NCBI GenBank assembly: GCA_030693425.1
Contig: JAUYAM010000001.1
Coordinates: forward strand, 10,858-74,857
Length of the DNA: 64,000 bases
Source of the DNA: a bacterium
Lineage (GTDB): Bacteria > Patescibacteriota > Minisyncoccia > Minisyncoccales > GWA2-46-15
Direction of reading: 5' to 3'
Of the stretch, positions 44,810 to 52,953 are shown piece by piece. Position numbers and translations under genes: made by a program. Under the pieces are notes generated by a model that made no database searches, was not told the origin of the DNA, and worked only from the letters and a program-made list of their open reading frames with translations. Each line of letters starts with the position of its first letter. Positions within the stretch are counted from its first letter, which is position 1.

Positions 44810-46081
44810 ATGTCCGAAAAATTCATCGTCAAAAAAAGCCCCGCTTTGATGGGCGAAGTCAGAATCTCCGGATCAAAAAATGCGGCTGGCCCGCTTTTGG
44901 CGGCCGCGCTTTTAACCGACAAGAAATGCGCTATTTCCAACTTGCCCAAAATCAGCGACGTTTTAAACTTGATTGAGGTTATCAAGGCCATGGGAGCTGA
45001 AGTCAAATGGCAAGGAAAAAACACTGTTTCTGTCTGCGCCAAAAACATTAATCCGGAAAAGATCCCGGCCGAACTCTTTGAAAAAGCGAGAATGTCGGTT
45101 TTGCTCGTCGGCCCGCTTTTAGGCAGATTTTCCCGTTTTAAAATTCCTCATCCTGGCGGCGACAAAATCGGAGTCAGGCCCATTACCACCCATCTGGAAG
45201 GCCTGGCCGGCTTTGGCGCCAGAGTAAAAAACACCGGCCAGTTTTACTGCTTTGAGAGACCAAAAATCCTCAAAGGGGCGAAAATTGTTCTAAAAGAGTT
45301 TAGCGTTACTGCCACGGAAAACGTGATCATGGCCGCTGCCCTAGCCAAAGGAAAAACAACAATTGAGATTGCCGCGACCGAACCCCACGTTAAAGAACTG
45401 GGCGATTTTCTCTTAAAAATGGGTTTGAAAATCAAGGGCCAAGGCACGCACACGATTGAAATTGAAGGAAGTAAACGCCTTTTGGCTGGCGCCAAATGGA
45501 CAGTCCCTCCTGACTATATTGAAGCCGGCACTTTTTTAATCGCCTTTGCCGTAACCAACGGCCAGGGAAAAATCAAAAACGTCAGGCCCGGCGACTTAAC
45601 CTTTTTTCTGGATAAAATGAGGGAAATTGGCGTTAATTTTAGAATTCAGGGACAAAATATCATTGTTGCCAAATCGCCAAAACTCAAAGCTGTTAAAAAA
45701 CTCCAGGTTCTGCCCCACCCTGGTTTTCCAACAGACCTGCAGCCGCAAACCTGCCTACTATTGACCCAAACAGCGGGCAAATCCTTAATTCACGATCCTC
45801 TGTACGAAAACCGGTTTTCCCATCTTCACGAATTGCGAAAAATGGGAGCAGATATTGAGATTACTGACCCCCACCGGGCCTTGATTTTCGGGCCGGCTAA
45901 GCTGGTTGGCACCAAAGTTGACGGCACGGACATTAGGTCTACCGTCACTTTGATTTTGGCAGGGCTCATCGCCAAAGGCAAAACCCTGGTTTCCGGCGCC
46001 GAACAAGCTGACCGCGGCTACGAGAAAATCGAAGAAAAGCTCCGAAAACTCGGCGCCCAAATTAAAAGAATAAAAGAATAA
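44810..46081 (+). CDS. murA: UDP-N-acetylglucosamine 1-carboxyvinyltransferase
   Basis: GEVRISGSKNAAGPLLAAALL and HPGFPTDLQ. ATG at 44810 preferred over the TTG at 44795. Confidence 0.95.
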   Translation: MSEKFIVKKSPALMGEVRISGSKNAAGPLLAAALLTDKKCAISNLPKISDVLNLIEVIKAMGAEVKWQGKNTVSVCAKNINPEKIPAELFEKARMSVLLVGPLLGRFSRFKIPHPGGDKIGVRPITTHLEGLAGFGARVKNTGQFYCFERPKILKGAKIVLKEFSVTATENVIMAAALAKGKTTIEIAATEPHVKELGDFLLKMGLKIKGQGTHTIEIEGSKRLLAGAKWTVPPDYIEAGTFLIAFAVTNGQGKIKNVRPGDLTFFLDKMREIGVNFRIQGQNIIVAKSPKLKAVKKLQVLPHPGFPTDLQPQTCLLLTQTAGKSLIHDPLYENRFSHLHELRKMGADIEITDPHRALIFGPAKLVGTKVDGTDIRSTVTLILAGLIAKGKTLVSGAEQADRGYEKIEEKLRKLGAQIKRIKE

Positions 46082-46099
46082 GTGTAAAAATCAATAAGG

Positions 46100-46138
46100 C
46101 TACGATCGTAGATTTATCGATAAACCTACGATCGTGGG
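46100..46138. repeat. Direct repeat of a palindromic word (CTACGATCGTAG ATTTATC / CTACGATCGTGG GTTTATC)
   Basis: Two copies 25 nt apart in the convergent gap after murA. The related word AGCTACGACCGTAGCT forms the terminator at 36015. Confidence 0.6.
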
Positions 46139-46214
46139 TTTATCAAATATCCTAAAGAAGGTTTTACTCAACAACGAAATTAATCAACCGGCCGGGGACG
46201 AAAACGATCTTTCT

Positions 46215-46544
46215 TTATTTATGGGAAGCAAAAAGAAAACAATTAAAATAATGGTTCAATTCTTCAAAAGAGGTCTTATAATCCCTGCCGCCCAAAACTG
46301 TGTCGCAAAAAACTTCCTTGACTCGAGCAATTTCCCAAAGCCGGCCATGCCACCTCGCGTCTCTCAAAGTTAAATCAAAAAGCTCAAGAGCTCTTTCCAC
46401 CGCTCCCCAGAAAATCTTTTCATCTCTTCCCTGCCAGTTTTTCGCCCGGCTCACCTCGCTACCGATATTCGCCAGTTGGCCGGCTAAAGACAGCTCAAAC
46501 CATTTGCCAGACGCCAATTCCTTATGTAAAAATTCTTGCGTCAT
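46215..46544 (-). CDS. Hypothetical helical protein (109 aa)
   Basis: Its ATG abuts the upstream stop (TAAATG), so it appears coupled to the upstream gene. No family confidently recognised. Confidence 0.5.
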   Translation of the reverse strand: MTQEFLHKELASGKWFELSLAGQLANIGSEVSRAKNWQGRDEKIFWGAVERALELFDLTLRDARWHGRLWEIARVKEVFCDTVLGGRDYKTSFEELNHYFNCFLFASHK

Positions 46545-46892
46545 TTAAATAATCAATTTTTGGATAATTCTCTCGATCTTTTCGCGGACGGCTGCATCCT
46601 CTACTCCTCGGGAACGATTGCCGAAACTTGGCTTTAAGTTAATCACCGAATCAAATTCAACAAAATCACTCCCTTCTTTGTCTGGGTAAAGATTGATTCC
46701 CCAGAGATTTTGCCCTTGAGAACTCTTTTGTTCAACCAATAAAACTTCTTCGTCGGCGTGCAATTCGCCGCCGATCGCGACAATTTCCTGTTTTATATCT
46801 ACCACCGCCTTCACTAAATCGCCAAATCGCTCTTTGGCAAACTCTTTCAGTTTTTCTTTACTAATTGGTTCAATAATAATTCTTATTGACAT
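46545..46892 (-). CDS. Hypothetical protein (115 aa; possibly DUF5674-like, from memory)
   Basis: ORF lying directly downstream of leuS. Contains GGELHADEE...LWGINLYP. Confidence 0.5.
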   Translation of the reverse strand: MSIRIIIEPISKEKLKEFAKERFGDLVKAVVDIKQEIVAIGGELHADEEVLLVEQKSSQGQNLWGINLYPDKEGSDFVEFDSVINLKPSFGNRSRGVEDAAVREKIERIIQKLII

Positions 46893-46896
46893 ATCA

Positions 46897-49479
46897 TTAA
46901 ATTACAAAATTGATTAGCCTGCCCTGAACGAAAATCACCTTTTTTATTTGTTGGTCTTTAAGATATTTTGCGACTCGTGGCTCCTTTTTTGCCAACTCTT
47001 CAACCTCACTTTGCACTTTACGCTCTTGCCCCGTAGCTCCGCCAGCTGGCGGATGCTTCAGGGTTGCTACTTTAATTTCCCCCCTCACCCTTCCCGACAC
47101 CTGAATGATAATAGTTGTTGTTTCTTCGGTAATCAGATTTCTATCGTATTCGGGCCATTTTTCTTGGTGTACGGAAAACTTATTCCCTAAAATTTCACAC
47201 CAAACTTCTTCGCTAAAATGCGGGGCCGAAGGCGCCAGAATCTCGGCGAATAGAGCCGCGTCCTGTTTTGATAAATAACTTTGCTGCCACTCGTTGATAA
47301 ATTCCATCAAGCAGGCGACCATGGTGTTGAATTTCAGATTCTCTATATCTTCACCGACTTTTTTAATTGTCTGGTGCAGTTTTCTTAAGATATCGTCGGG
47401 AGTCTTTTCCTCTTTTACCTTTTCCTGAAACAATCTCCAAGCCCGGTTCAAAAACCTAAAACAGCCCTGCAGGCTCTGTTCTGACCAAGCAATGGCCTGA
47501 TCAAAAGGCCCCATAAACATTTCGTAAAGCCGCAAGGTGTCGGCGCCGTATTTAGCCACGATCTCATCCGGGTTGACCACATTGCCAAAAGACTTTGACA
47601 TTTTTCGATTGTCCGGCCCTAAAACAATGCCGTGGGACCTTCTTTTAGCATAGGGCTCGGGACCGTTAACGACGCCAATATCATATAGGAACTTATAGAT
47701 GAACCTGGAATACAGCAGGTGTAGAGTCGTATGCTCAAATCCGCCCTGATAAATATCAACCGGCATCCAGTATTTAATCTGCTCTTTGTATTCTTCAAAA
47801 ATGTTCGTCTCACCCGACGCGTTAGAATTTTTATCTTTGATTTTTGATTTTTTATTTCCGAGGTTATTTATTAGCAAATAGCCGAGGTAGTACCAGTTTG
47901 ACCCGGCCCAGTTAGGCATAGTGTCTGTTTCCCGACGGCCTGGCCCGCCGCAGTTTGGACAAGTTGTTTCAACCCATTCTTTAATGTTGGCCAAAGGCGA
48001 TTCGCCCGTGCCTGACGGTTCGTACTTTTCCACGTAAGGCAATTCCACGGGTAAATCCTTTTCCGGCACCGGGATTATCGCATATTCAATTCCGTTTTCA
48101 ACGGTCGTTAGTAATTTTTTATTTTTTATTTTTAATTTTTCATTTTCCAGGCATTTACGGCAGTAAATGACTGGAATGGGTTCTCCCCAGTAGTGCTGCC
48201 TGGAAAAAATCCAATCTCGCAGATGATAATTAATCGATTTCTTGCCCCAACCTTTTTCCACTAGATGATTTATAATTTTTTCTTTTGCCTCAAGGGCTGG
48301 CAAGCCATTCAGAAATTCCGAATTAAAAATTTTTGCCTTATCAATACCAACAAATGGCTCTTTGGAAAAGTCCCATTGTTTGTCATTTTCCGGCTTTACT
48401 ACCGGCACAATCTCTAAATCGTATTTTTTAGCGAACTGCCAGTCACGCTTGTCATGAGCTGGCACACCAACAACCATGCCTGTACCCGCAGATAGAATCG
48501 CAAAATCAGCCACCCAAATCGGCATTTTCCTGTTGTTAAGACGATTCAAGGCGTAACTCCCGGTAAAAACTCCTGTTTTTTCTTTTTCAAGATCAATTCT
48601 TTCAACTTCCGATTTTTTCTTTGTCTGCTGAATATAATCTTCAATCGCTTTTTTATTATCCGGGGTTATCAAAACCGGAATTAAAGGATGCTCCGGAGCG
48701 ACAACGACAAAGGTAGCGCCAAAATTAGTGTCCGGCCTAGTGCTGTAACAAGAAATGGCTTTACCAATGCCCACAACGGGATACTCAATTACCACGCCCT
48801 CTGACTTGCCAATCCAATTTTCCTGTTGAACTGCAATCTTTGGCGAAAAATCAACCAAATTTAAATCGTCCAAAAGCCGTTGGGCATATTTGGTAATGCG
48901 CAAAATCCATTGCTCCTGCTGCCTTTTTTCAGTGGGATTGTCGCATCTTTCATGGCTGCCGTCGGCTAAAACCTCTTCGTCAGCCAAAGTGGTTTTGCAA
49001 GAAGGGCACCAATTAACCGAAGTTTCCGCCCGATAAGCCAGACCTTTTCCCAAAAGTTTAAGAAAGATCCACTGGGTCCACTTATAATATTTAGGGTCGG
49101 TAGTATTGATTTCCCGCGACCAGTCAAAAGAAAGGCCTAATGATTTAATCTGCCTCTTAAATGTGGCAATATTCTGAGCCGTGGTTATAGAAGGGTGAAG
49201 TTTGTTTTTGAGAGCGTAATTTTCTGCCGGCAAGCCAAAAGCGTCCCAGCCAATCGGAAACAAAACATTATATCCTTGCATCCGCTTTTTACGAGAATAA
49301 GCATCCATGGCTAACCAAGACCTTGCATTCCCGACATGAAACCCGGCGCCCGACGGATAAGGAAACTCAATCAGAGCAAAAAACTTGGGTTTCTTGTCAA
49401 AATCAGCTGCTTGATACAGCTTTTCTTTTTCCCACTTATCCTGCCACTTTTTCTCAATTTTTTGCGGTTCGTAAAGCAT
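46897..49479 (-). CDS. leuS: Leucyl-tRNA synthetase
   Basis: FPYPSGAGFHVGN (HIGH-type), an editing domain, and RKMSKSFGN (KMSKS). Confidence 0.95.
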   Translation of the reverse strand: MLYEPQKIEKKWQDKWEKEKLYQAADFDKKPKFFALIEFPYPSGAGFHVGNARSWLAMDAYSRKKRMQGYNVLFPIGWDAFGLPAENYALKNKLHPSITTAQNIATFKRQIKSLGLSFDWSREINTTDPKYYKWTQWIFLKLLGKGLAYRAETSVNWCPSCKTTLADEEVLADGSHERCDNPTEKRQQEQWILRITKYAQRLLDDLNLVDFSPKIAVQQENWIGKSEGVVIEYPVVGIGKAISCYSTRPDTNFGATFVVVAPEHPLIPVLITPDNKKAIEDYIQQTKKKSEVERIDLEKEKTGVFTGSYALNRLNNRKMPIWVADFAILSAGTGMVVGVPAHDKRDWQFAKKYDLEIVPVVKPENDKQWDFSKEPFVGIDKAKIFNSEFLNGLPALEAKEKIINHLVEKGWGKKSINYHLRDWIFSRQHYWGEPIPVIYCRKCLENEKLKIKNKKLLTTVENGIEYAIIPVPEKDLPVELPYVEKYEPSGTGESPLANIKEWVETTCPNCGGPGRRETDTMPNWAGSNWYYLGYLLINNLGNKKSKIKDKNSNASGETNIFEEYKEQIKYWMPVDIYQGGFEHTTLHLLYSRFIYKFLYDIGVVNGPEPYAKRRSHGIVLGPDNRKMSKSFGNVVNPDEIVAKYGADTLRLYEMFMGPFDQAIAWSEQSLQGCFRFLNRAWRLFQEKVKEEKTPDDILRKLHQTIKKVGEDIENLKFNTMVACLMEFINEWQQSYLSKQDAALFAEILAPSAPHFSEEVWCEILGNKFSVHQEKWPEYDRNLITEETTTIIIQVSGRVRGEIKVATLKHPPAGGATGQERKVQSEVEELAKKEPRVAKYLKDQQIKKVIFVQGRLINFVI

Positions 49480-49508
49480 AGTTTAGATCAGCGGAGAACA
49501 GTTCTCCG

Positions 49509-50399
49509 CTAGATAGAAAATAATTCGCGAGCGTTCTTTGTTGTCTGTTCTTCTATTTCTTGATAGCTTAATTTTTTGATTTTCGCAATTTCCCGAACAA
49601 CCTGCTTCACGAACAACGGTTCGTTCCGGAGATTCGCTGAACCACACTGACCCTCCCGCTGAACTACGCTGGAATTTGGTGGAATAAGATAAGGCGCGTC
49701 GGTTTCTACCAAAATTCTATCTAAAGGCGCGGCCTTGATAATTTCTTGCCAGTTTATCCCCGCGATCTGCTTAAAAATGATTCCGTTAAAACCCAAAGAC
49801 AATCCCAGGGCTAAATATTGCCGCATTTGCTCTACTGTGCCAGTAAAACAGTGCATTACTCCTCGCAACTTAGTATCTTGTATTTTGTATCTAGTATTTA
49901 GTATTTCTATAAGATCGTCATGAGCGGAGCGACAATGAAAAATAGTTGGTAAATTCAATTCCTTTGCCAAATCCATCTGCGACGACAAGCCCTGTTTCTG
50001 AAGATTTTTGAATATTTCTAATTTTGTTTTACTTTTCGGCTTCCAATAATAATCCAGGCCGATTTCGCCAATGGCCACAACTTTTTTTGAGCTGGCGGCG
50101 AGTTTCCGGTAATCCTCAATATCAAAGCCCTTGACCGTTTCTTGCGCCGCTGCTTCTTCCGGATCAAGCTTGTTTTTAATTAAATCCGCTGTTCCGAGGA
50201 CGTGAATCGGATGCAAGCCAATGGCGGCAAAAACGCCTTGGGGATATTTTTCTGTTAGCTCAATTGCTTTTTCGCTCGTTTCCAGCTGCGAGCCGACATT
50301 AATCATCCAAACCTCATTAGCTAAAGACCGTTGAATAACTTTGTCAACGTCATCTTTAAAAGCGTTGAAATTCAAATGGCAATGGGTATCTATTATCAT
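49509..50399 (-). CDS. tatD: TatD-family metal-dependent hydrolase
   Basis: MIIDTHCHLNF, GEIGLDY, IFHCRSA, HCFTG, ETDAPYL. Confidence 0.9.
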   Translation of the reverse strand: MIIDTHCHLNFNAFKDDVDKVIQRSLANEVWMINVGSQLETSEKAIELTEKYPQGVFAAIGLHPIHVLGTADLIKNKLDPEEAAAQETVKGFDIEDYRKLAASSKKVVAIGEIGLDYYWKPKSKTKLEIFKNLQKQGLSSQMDLAKELNLPTIFHCRSAHDDLIEILNTRYKIQDTKLRGVMHCFTGTVEQMRQYLALGLSLGFNGIIFKQIAGINWQEIIKAAPLDRILVETDAPYLIPPNSSVVQREGQCGSANLRNEPLFVKQVVREIAKIKKLSYQEIEEQTTKNARELFSI

Positions 50400-50520
50400 A
50401 ATCCCATTTTAACCTAATTTTGCCGTCTCTGAAACAATTCTCTTGTCCGATGCGGTACCCGAATTTAGTAAAATTAAGGTACTCAAGTATCTGATTTAAA
50501 TACCCATTGATTTGAGTTTA

Positions 50521-50557
50521 AAAAAACAAAAGCGCCTCGGGTTCTTCCCAAGGCGCT
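50521..50557 (-). terminator. Intrinsic terminator closing the micro-peptide locus
   Basis: Hairpin AGCGCCT-N13-AGGCGCT at 50531-50557, followed on the minus strand by TTTGTTTTTT. Confidence 0.7.
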
Positions 50558-50572
50558 TTGTGCTATTTTTGA

Positions 50573-50776
50573 CTAATAACCTCCTCCGCCATGATGAAGG
50601 TGTGTTTCGGCCAACTTCTCGGCTGCCAGCTCGAGCGCCTTGGCCTCGTCCCAATATTTCACCGCATGCTGACGGTCTTTGGTTTCCTTCATCCTTTCGT
50701 AAAGATCTTGCGCCTGATCTCTCATCTCCCCAATAACCTTACTCCAATCAATCTCGCTAACATCTTTGGTGGTCAT
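50573..50776 (-). CDS. Hypothetical 67-aa helical protein
   Basis: The SD GAGAGGAG sits 6 nt before the ATG. MTTKDVSEIDWSKVIGEMRDQAQDLYERMKE...HLHHGGGGY. Confidence 0.6.
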   Translation of the reverse strand: MTTKDVSEIDWSKVIGEMRDQAQDLYERMKETKDRQHAVKYWDEAKALELAAEKLAETHLHHGGGGY

Positions 50777-50788
50777 GACAATCTCCTC

Positions 50789-50929
50789 TCATTGTTTTGA
50801 GTTATCGCGGGCAATTAAACAGAAAGCCACGATCATGGCCGCGACCAATAGAACGAACGCGACGACTGATCCTGTCCCCGTCAAAACGCAAGGGTCGCAA
50901 GCGATAGCAGACAAGCCATATGGGATCAT
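50789..50929 (-). CDS. 46-aa single-TM micro-protein
   Basis: SD AAAAGGAGATTTGAG precedes the ATG. MIPYGLSAIACDPCVLTGTGSVVAFVLLVAAMIVAFCLIARDNSKQ. Below the ORF-track cutoff. Confidence 0.5.
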   Translation of the reverse strand: MIPYGLSAIACDPCVLTGTGSVVAFVLLVAAMIVAFCLIARDNSKQ

Positions 50930-50968
50930 CTCAAATCTCCTTTTATGATCGGCAAAAGATAAAAGGGT

Positions 50969-50996
50969 GAGGCGACGGCGTACGCTCCGTCGCCTC
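50969..50996 (-). terminator. Intercistronic hairpin/partial terminator after the 19-aa peptide gene
   Basis: 10-bp stem GAGGCGACGG-N8-CCGTCGCCTC, followed on the minus strand by ACCCTTTTATCTTTTG. Confidence 0.5.
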
Positions 50997-50999
50997 CTT

Positions 51000-51059
51000 C
51001 TACGACGCCCACGGCCCGTAACGGAAAGTACAGCGGCCGCGGAAAGACCAACGAACCAT
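51000..51059 (-). CDS. 19-aa cationic peptide MVRWSFRGRCTFRYGPWAS
   Basis: SD AGAAAGGAGG precedes the ATG. It is a paralog of 51307-51390, and codons 3-12 differ from that paralog mostly by synonymous changes. Confidence 0.6.
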   Translation of the reverse strand: MVRWSFRGRCTFRYGPWAS

Positions 51060-51099
51060 AGCTACCTCCTTTCTTGTCAAAGAACTGTCGGTCTCGGCT

Positions 51100-51129
51100 A
51101 AAACAAAAACTGGCCCGCCGAGAGACCAG
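51100..51129 (-). terminator. Attenuator terminator C
   Basis: Minus-strand RNA CUGGUCUCUCGGCGGGCCAG followed by UUUUUGUUUU. It lies between micro-ORF P1 and the SD of the 19-aa peptide gene. Confidence 0.6.
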
Positions 51130-51168
51130 TTTTAGAAAGTCAAGGTTTTTAAATGGATTACTATTATA

Positions 51169-51279
51169 TTACCTCAACGCGCCGAAACTAACCTCTGGCA
51201 AAATAAGAGGATAATAGTAATAATAGGCATTGCCTTGAACGGCGTCCTGAATATTAAATTTGCTAAATTTTTGTGTCAT
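51169..51279 (-). CDS. Aromatic-codon micro-ORF P1 (candidate leader peptide)
   Basis: MTQKFSKFNIQDAVQGNAYYYYYPLILPEVSFGALR, with five consecutive Tyr codons. The decoy GAGGUUAGUUU (51195-51185) can pair with terminator C's 5' arm (51132-51122). Confidence 0.5.
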   Translation of the reverse strand: MTQKFSKFNIQDAVQGNAYYYYYPLILPEVSFGALR

Positions 51280-51306
51280 ATAAATTGGTATTCTTAAGCT
51301 TTAACT

Positions 51307-51390
51307 TTAATGGGGAGGATAGATTATTCTATCCTCCGATTGACCGATGAACCAAAATGTGCACCGGCCGCGGAAAGTCCATCGACGCAT
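51307..51390 (-). CDS. 27-aa cationic peptide MRRWTFRGRCTFWFIGQSEDRIIYPPH
   Basis: SD AAAGGAGA precedes the ATG. It shares RW(S/T)FRGRCTF with 51000-51059. The 3' end is encoded by a 9-bp hairpin at 51314-51337. Confidence 0.6.
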   Translation of the reverse strand: MRRWTFRGRCTFWFIGQSEDRIIYPPH

Positions 51391-51404
51391 GGCGTCTCCT
51401 TTCT

Positions 51405-51542
51405 TTAGAAGCCCTGTTGTGGAGGAAGAACTATTATCCACCACGGGATCGATCCACTGTCGCTACGACTAACAATCATTATCGTAGCGACAAGAACGAC
51501 GACAGAAAGAACAACAATTAAGATAATCTTTCTGTTTTTCAT
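51405..51542 (-). CDS. 45-aa single-TM micro-protein
   Basis: SD AGAAAGGAGG precedes the ATG. MKNRKIILIVVLSVVVLVATIMIVSRSDSGSIPWWIIVLPPQQGF. Confidence 0.5.
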   Translation of the reverse strand: MKNRKIILIVVLSVVVLVATIMIVSRSDSGSIPWWIIVLPPQQGF

Positions 51543-51573
51543 TCCGCACCTCCTTTCTTGGAGAGTAAAGAAC

Positions 51574-51598
51574 TAAAAACTGGTCTCCGCGAAACCAG
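51574..51598 (-). terminator. Attenuator terminator B
   Basis: Minus-strand RNA CUGGUUUCGCGGAGACCAG followed by UUUUU, directly before the SD of the 45-aa gene. Confidence 0.65.
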
Positions 51599-51636
51599 TT
51601 GTAGAGAGTCAAAAGATTTTTAAAAATTCCCTTACT

Positions 51637-51714
51637 TTAACGCTCTAAAACTAGTCTCTGGAAAAGACTATAGAAGTAGTTAAAGTAAAAGAATTTTTGC
51701 GATTTCTGTTTCAT
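51637..51714 (-). CDS. Aromatic-codon micro-ORF P4 (candidate leader peptide)
   Basis: MKQKSQKFFYFNYFYSLFQRLVLER, with 8 Phe/Tyr in 11 codons. The decoy GAGACUAGUUUUAG (51658-51645) is complementary to CUACAACUGGUUUC (51604-51591). Confidence 0.5.
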   Translation of the reverse strand: MKQKSQKFFYFNYFYSLFQRLVLER

Positions 51715-51733
51715 ATGTTGAAAATTAACATAA

Positions 51734-52894
51734 TTAAATCTTATTGTCAAGGGCAATATAATAGAATGGTTTATTATCTTGATCTTGGTCAAAATAAACC
51801 TGAGTGTAATTCTCCTGCCGGCGTTTGATATCAATAAGGTATTCTATCAAAAAAAGATTTTTCCTCGGAGAATAAACGGGCACTCCGTGATAGGGCAACC
51901 GGGTACAAATCCTACTAACGGGGAAAATGCCCAAACGATTTGCTTTGGGAGAAACAGTTAAAGGCAGACCGTGTGGCACAACTTTTTCCAGATAATCAAT
52001 GTCGTCACGCGTCTTAAGATAAGCGTGGTATTGAAAAATAGACTCATGCGTTCTTTTCTTGATGTCTTCACGGACCTTACGAGCCTCGGCAGTAATTTCT
52101 TCGTCTTTCAAATTTTCATTGTAAACATCCATTAATAAACTTTCGTCATACATCTTTGTTGAAACGATTCTCAAAACCGATTCGTAGGTTCCTCGATATT
52201 TAGCTAAGAAATCGGGATCTTGTTTTTGATAAAGCTCTTTGAATTCAGCTACTCTCTTCTGATAATGCCCTTGGAAATCCGGCACGATTTTTTCCATCTC
52301 CGATAAATCGATAATCTTTAAAACAGAGTTTAGTCCTAACAACTCATTTAGCTTTTCCAGGAATTCTCGATAAGCAATCCAATCTTCTTCCGGAACGCCG
52401 CTAAATCTTCCGAAGACCCCCTCGGTAAAAATCGTAATAACTGCGCCGGGAGGGTAAACTTTTTGGATATTATCAGCAATCTCACTCAATCTCAACAGAG
52501 ACAAAACTTCTCCCATATCAGGAAAAGTCCTGCTGGTTTTCAGGGGGACTGGCACTTTAAAAGGAAACCCTAAAATTGTCAGCTGGATAAGCAGACCATG
52601 ATTAATGAAATAATTAAGTTTAGAGACCCAAAAATCCTTATTCTCTTGGATATATTCTCTCGGCCCAAAACGATAATTCTCGTCTTGGAATATGGAGAGA
52701 ATTTTCTCGGCAATCGTTTCGCCATTAATCTGCGGGTTGGGCATGGGCAATATTTCGATCAGTCTTTTCAATTCGGATAAATCGATCCCTTTTTTGCTAA
52801 TAAGATTATTGTGGATATTTTTATCTGCGAGATTAACGAACGGTACGAAAGGATAAACAAAAGTGTTTGCTTTCATGTTTTTAAATTCTAACAT
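51734..52894 (-). CDS. PvcA/Dit1-like protein (isonitrile synthase/dityrosine-biosynthesis family)
   Basis: ILGFPFKVPVPLKTSRTFPDMGEVLSLLRL...VYPPGAVITIFTEGVF and TVSPKANRLGIFPV...LPYHGVPV parallel the PvcA blocks (AFPxKSPNPxK...PDMAE...YxPGAxIxICSDGRVF and LSIHP...KxGI...TPWHxV), recalled from memory. Confidence 0.6.
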   Translation of the reverse strand: MLEFKNMKANTFVYPFVPFVNLADKNIHNNLISKKGIDLSELKRLIEILPMPNPQINGETIAEKILSIFQDENYRFGPREYIQENKDFWVSKLNYFINHGLLIQLTILGFPFKVPVPLKTSRTFPDMGEVLSLLRLSEIADNIQKVYPPGAVITIFTEGVFGRFSGVPEEDWIAYREFLEKLNELLGLNSVLKIIDLSEMEKIVPDFQGHYQKRVAEFKELYQKQDPDFLAKYRGTYESVLRIVSTKMYDESLLMDVYNENLKDEEITAEARKVREDIKKRTHESIFQYHAYLKTRDDIDYLEKVVPHGLPLTVSPKANRLGIFPVSRICTRLPYHGVPVYSPRKNLFLIEYLIDIKRRQENYTQVYFDQDQDNKPFYYIALDNKI

Positions 52895-52953
52895 AATAAA
52901 TTTACTTTAAAGAACCGGGGGCTACTGTAGTTTACAATAGCCCCCACTTTTCT

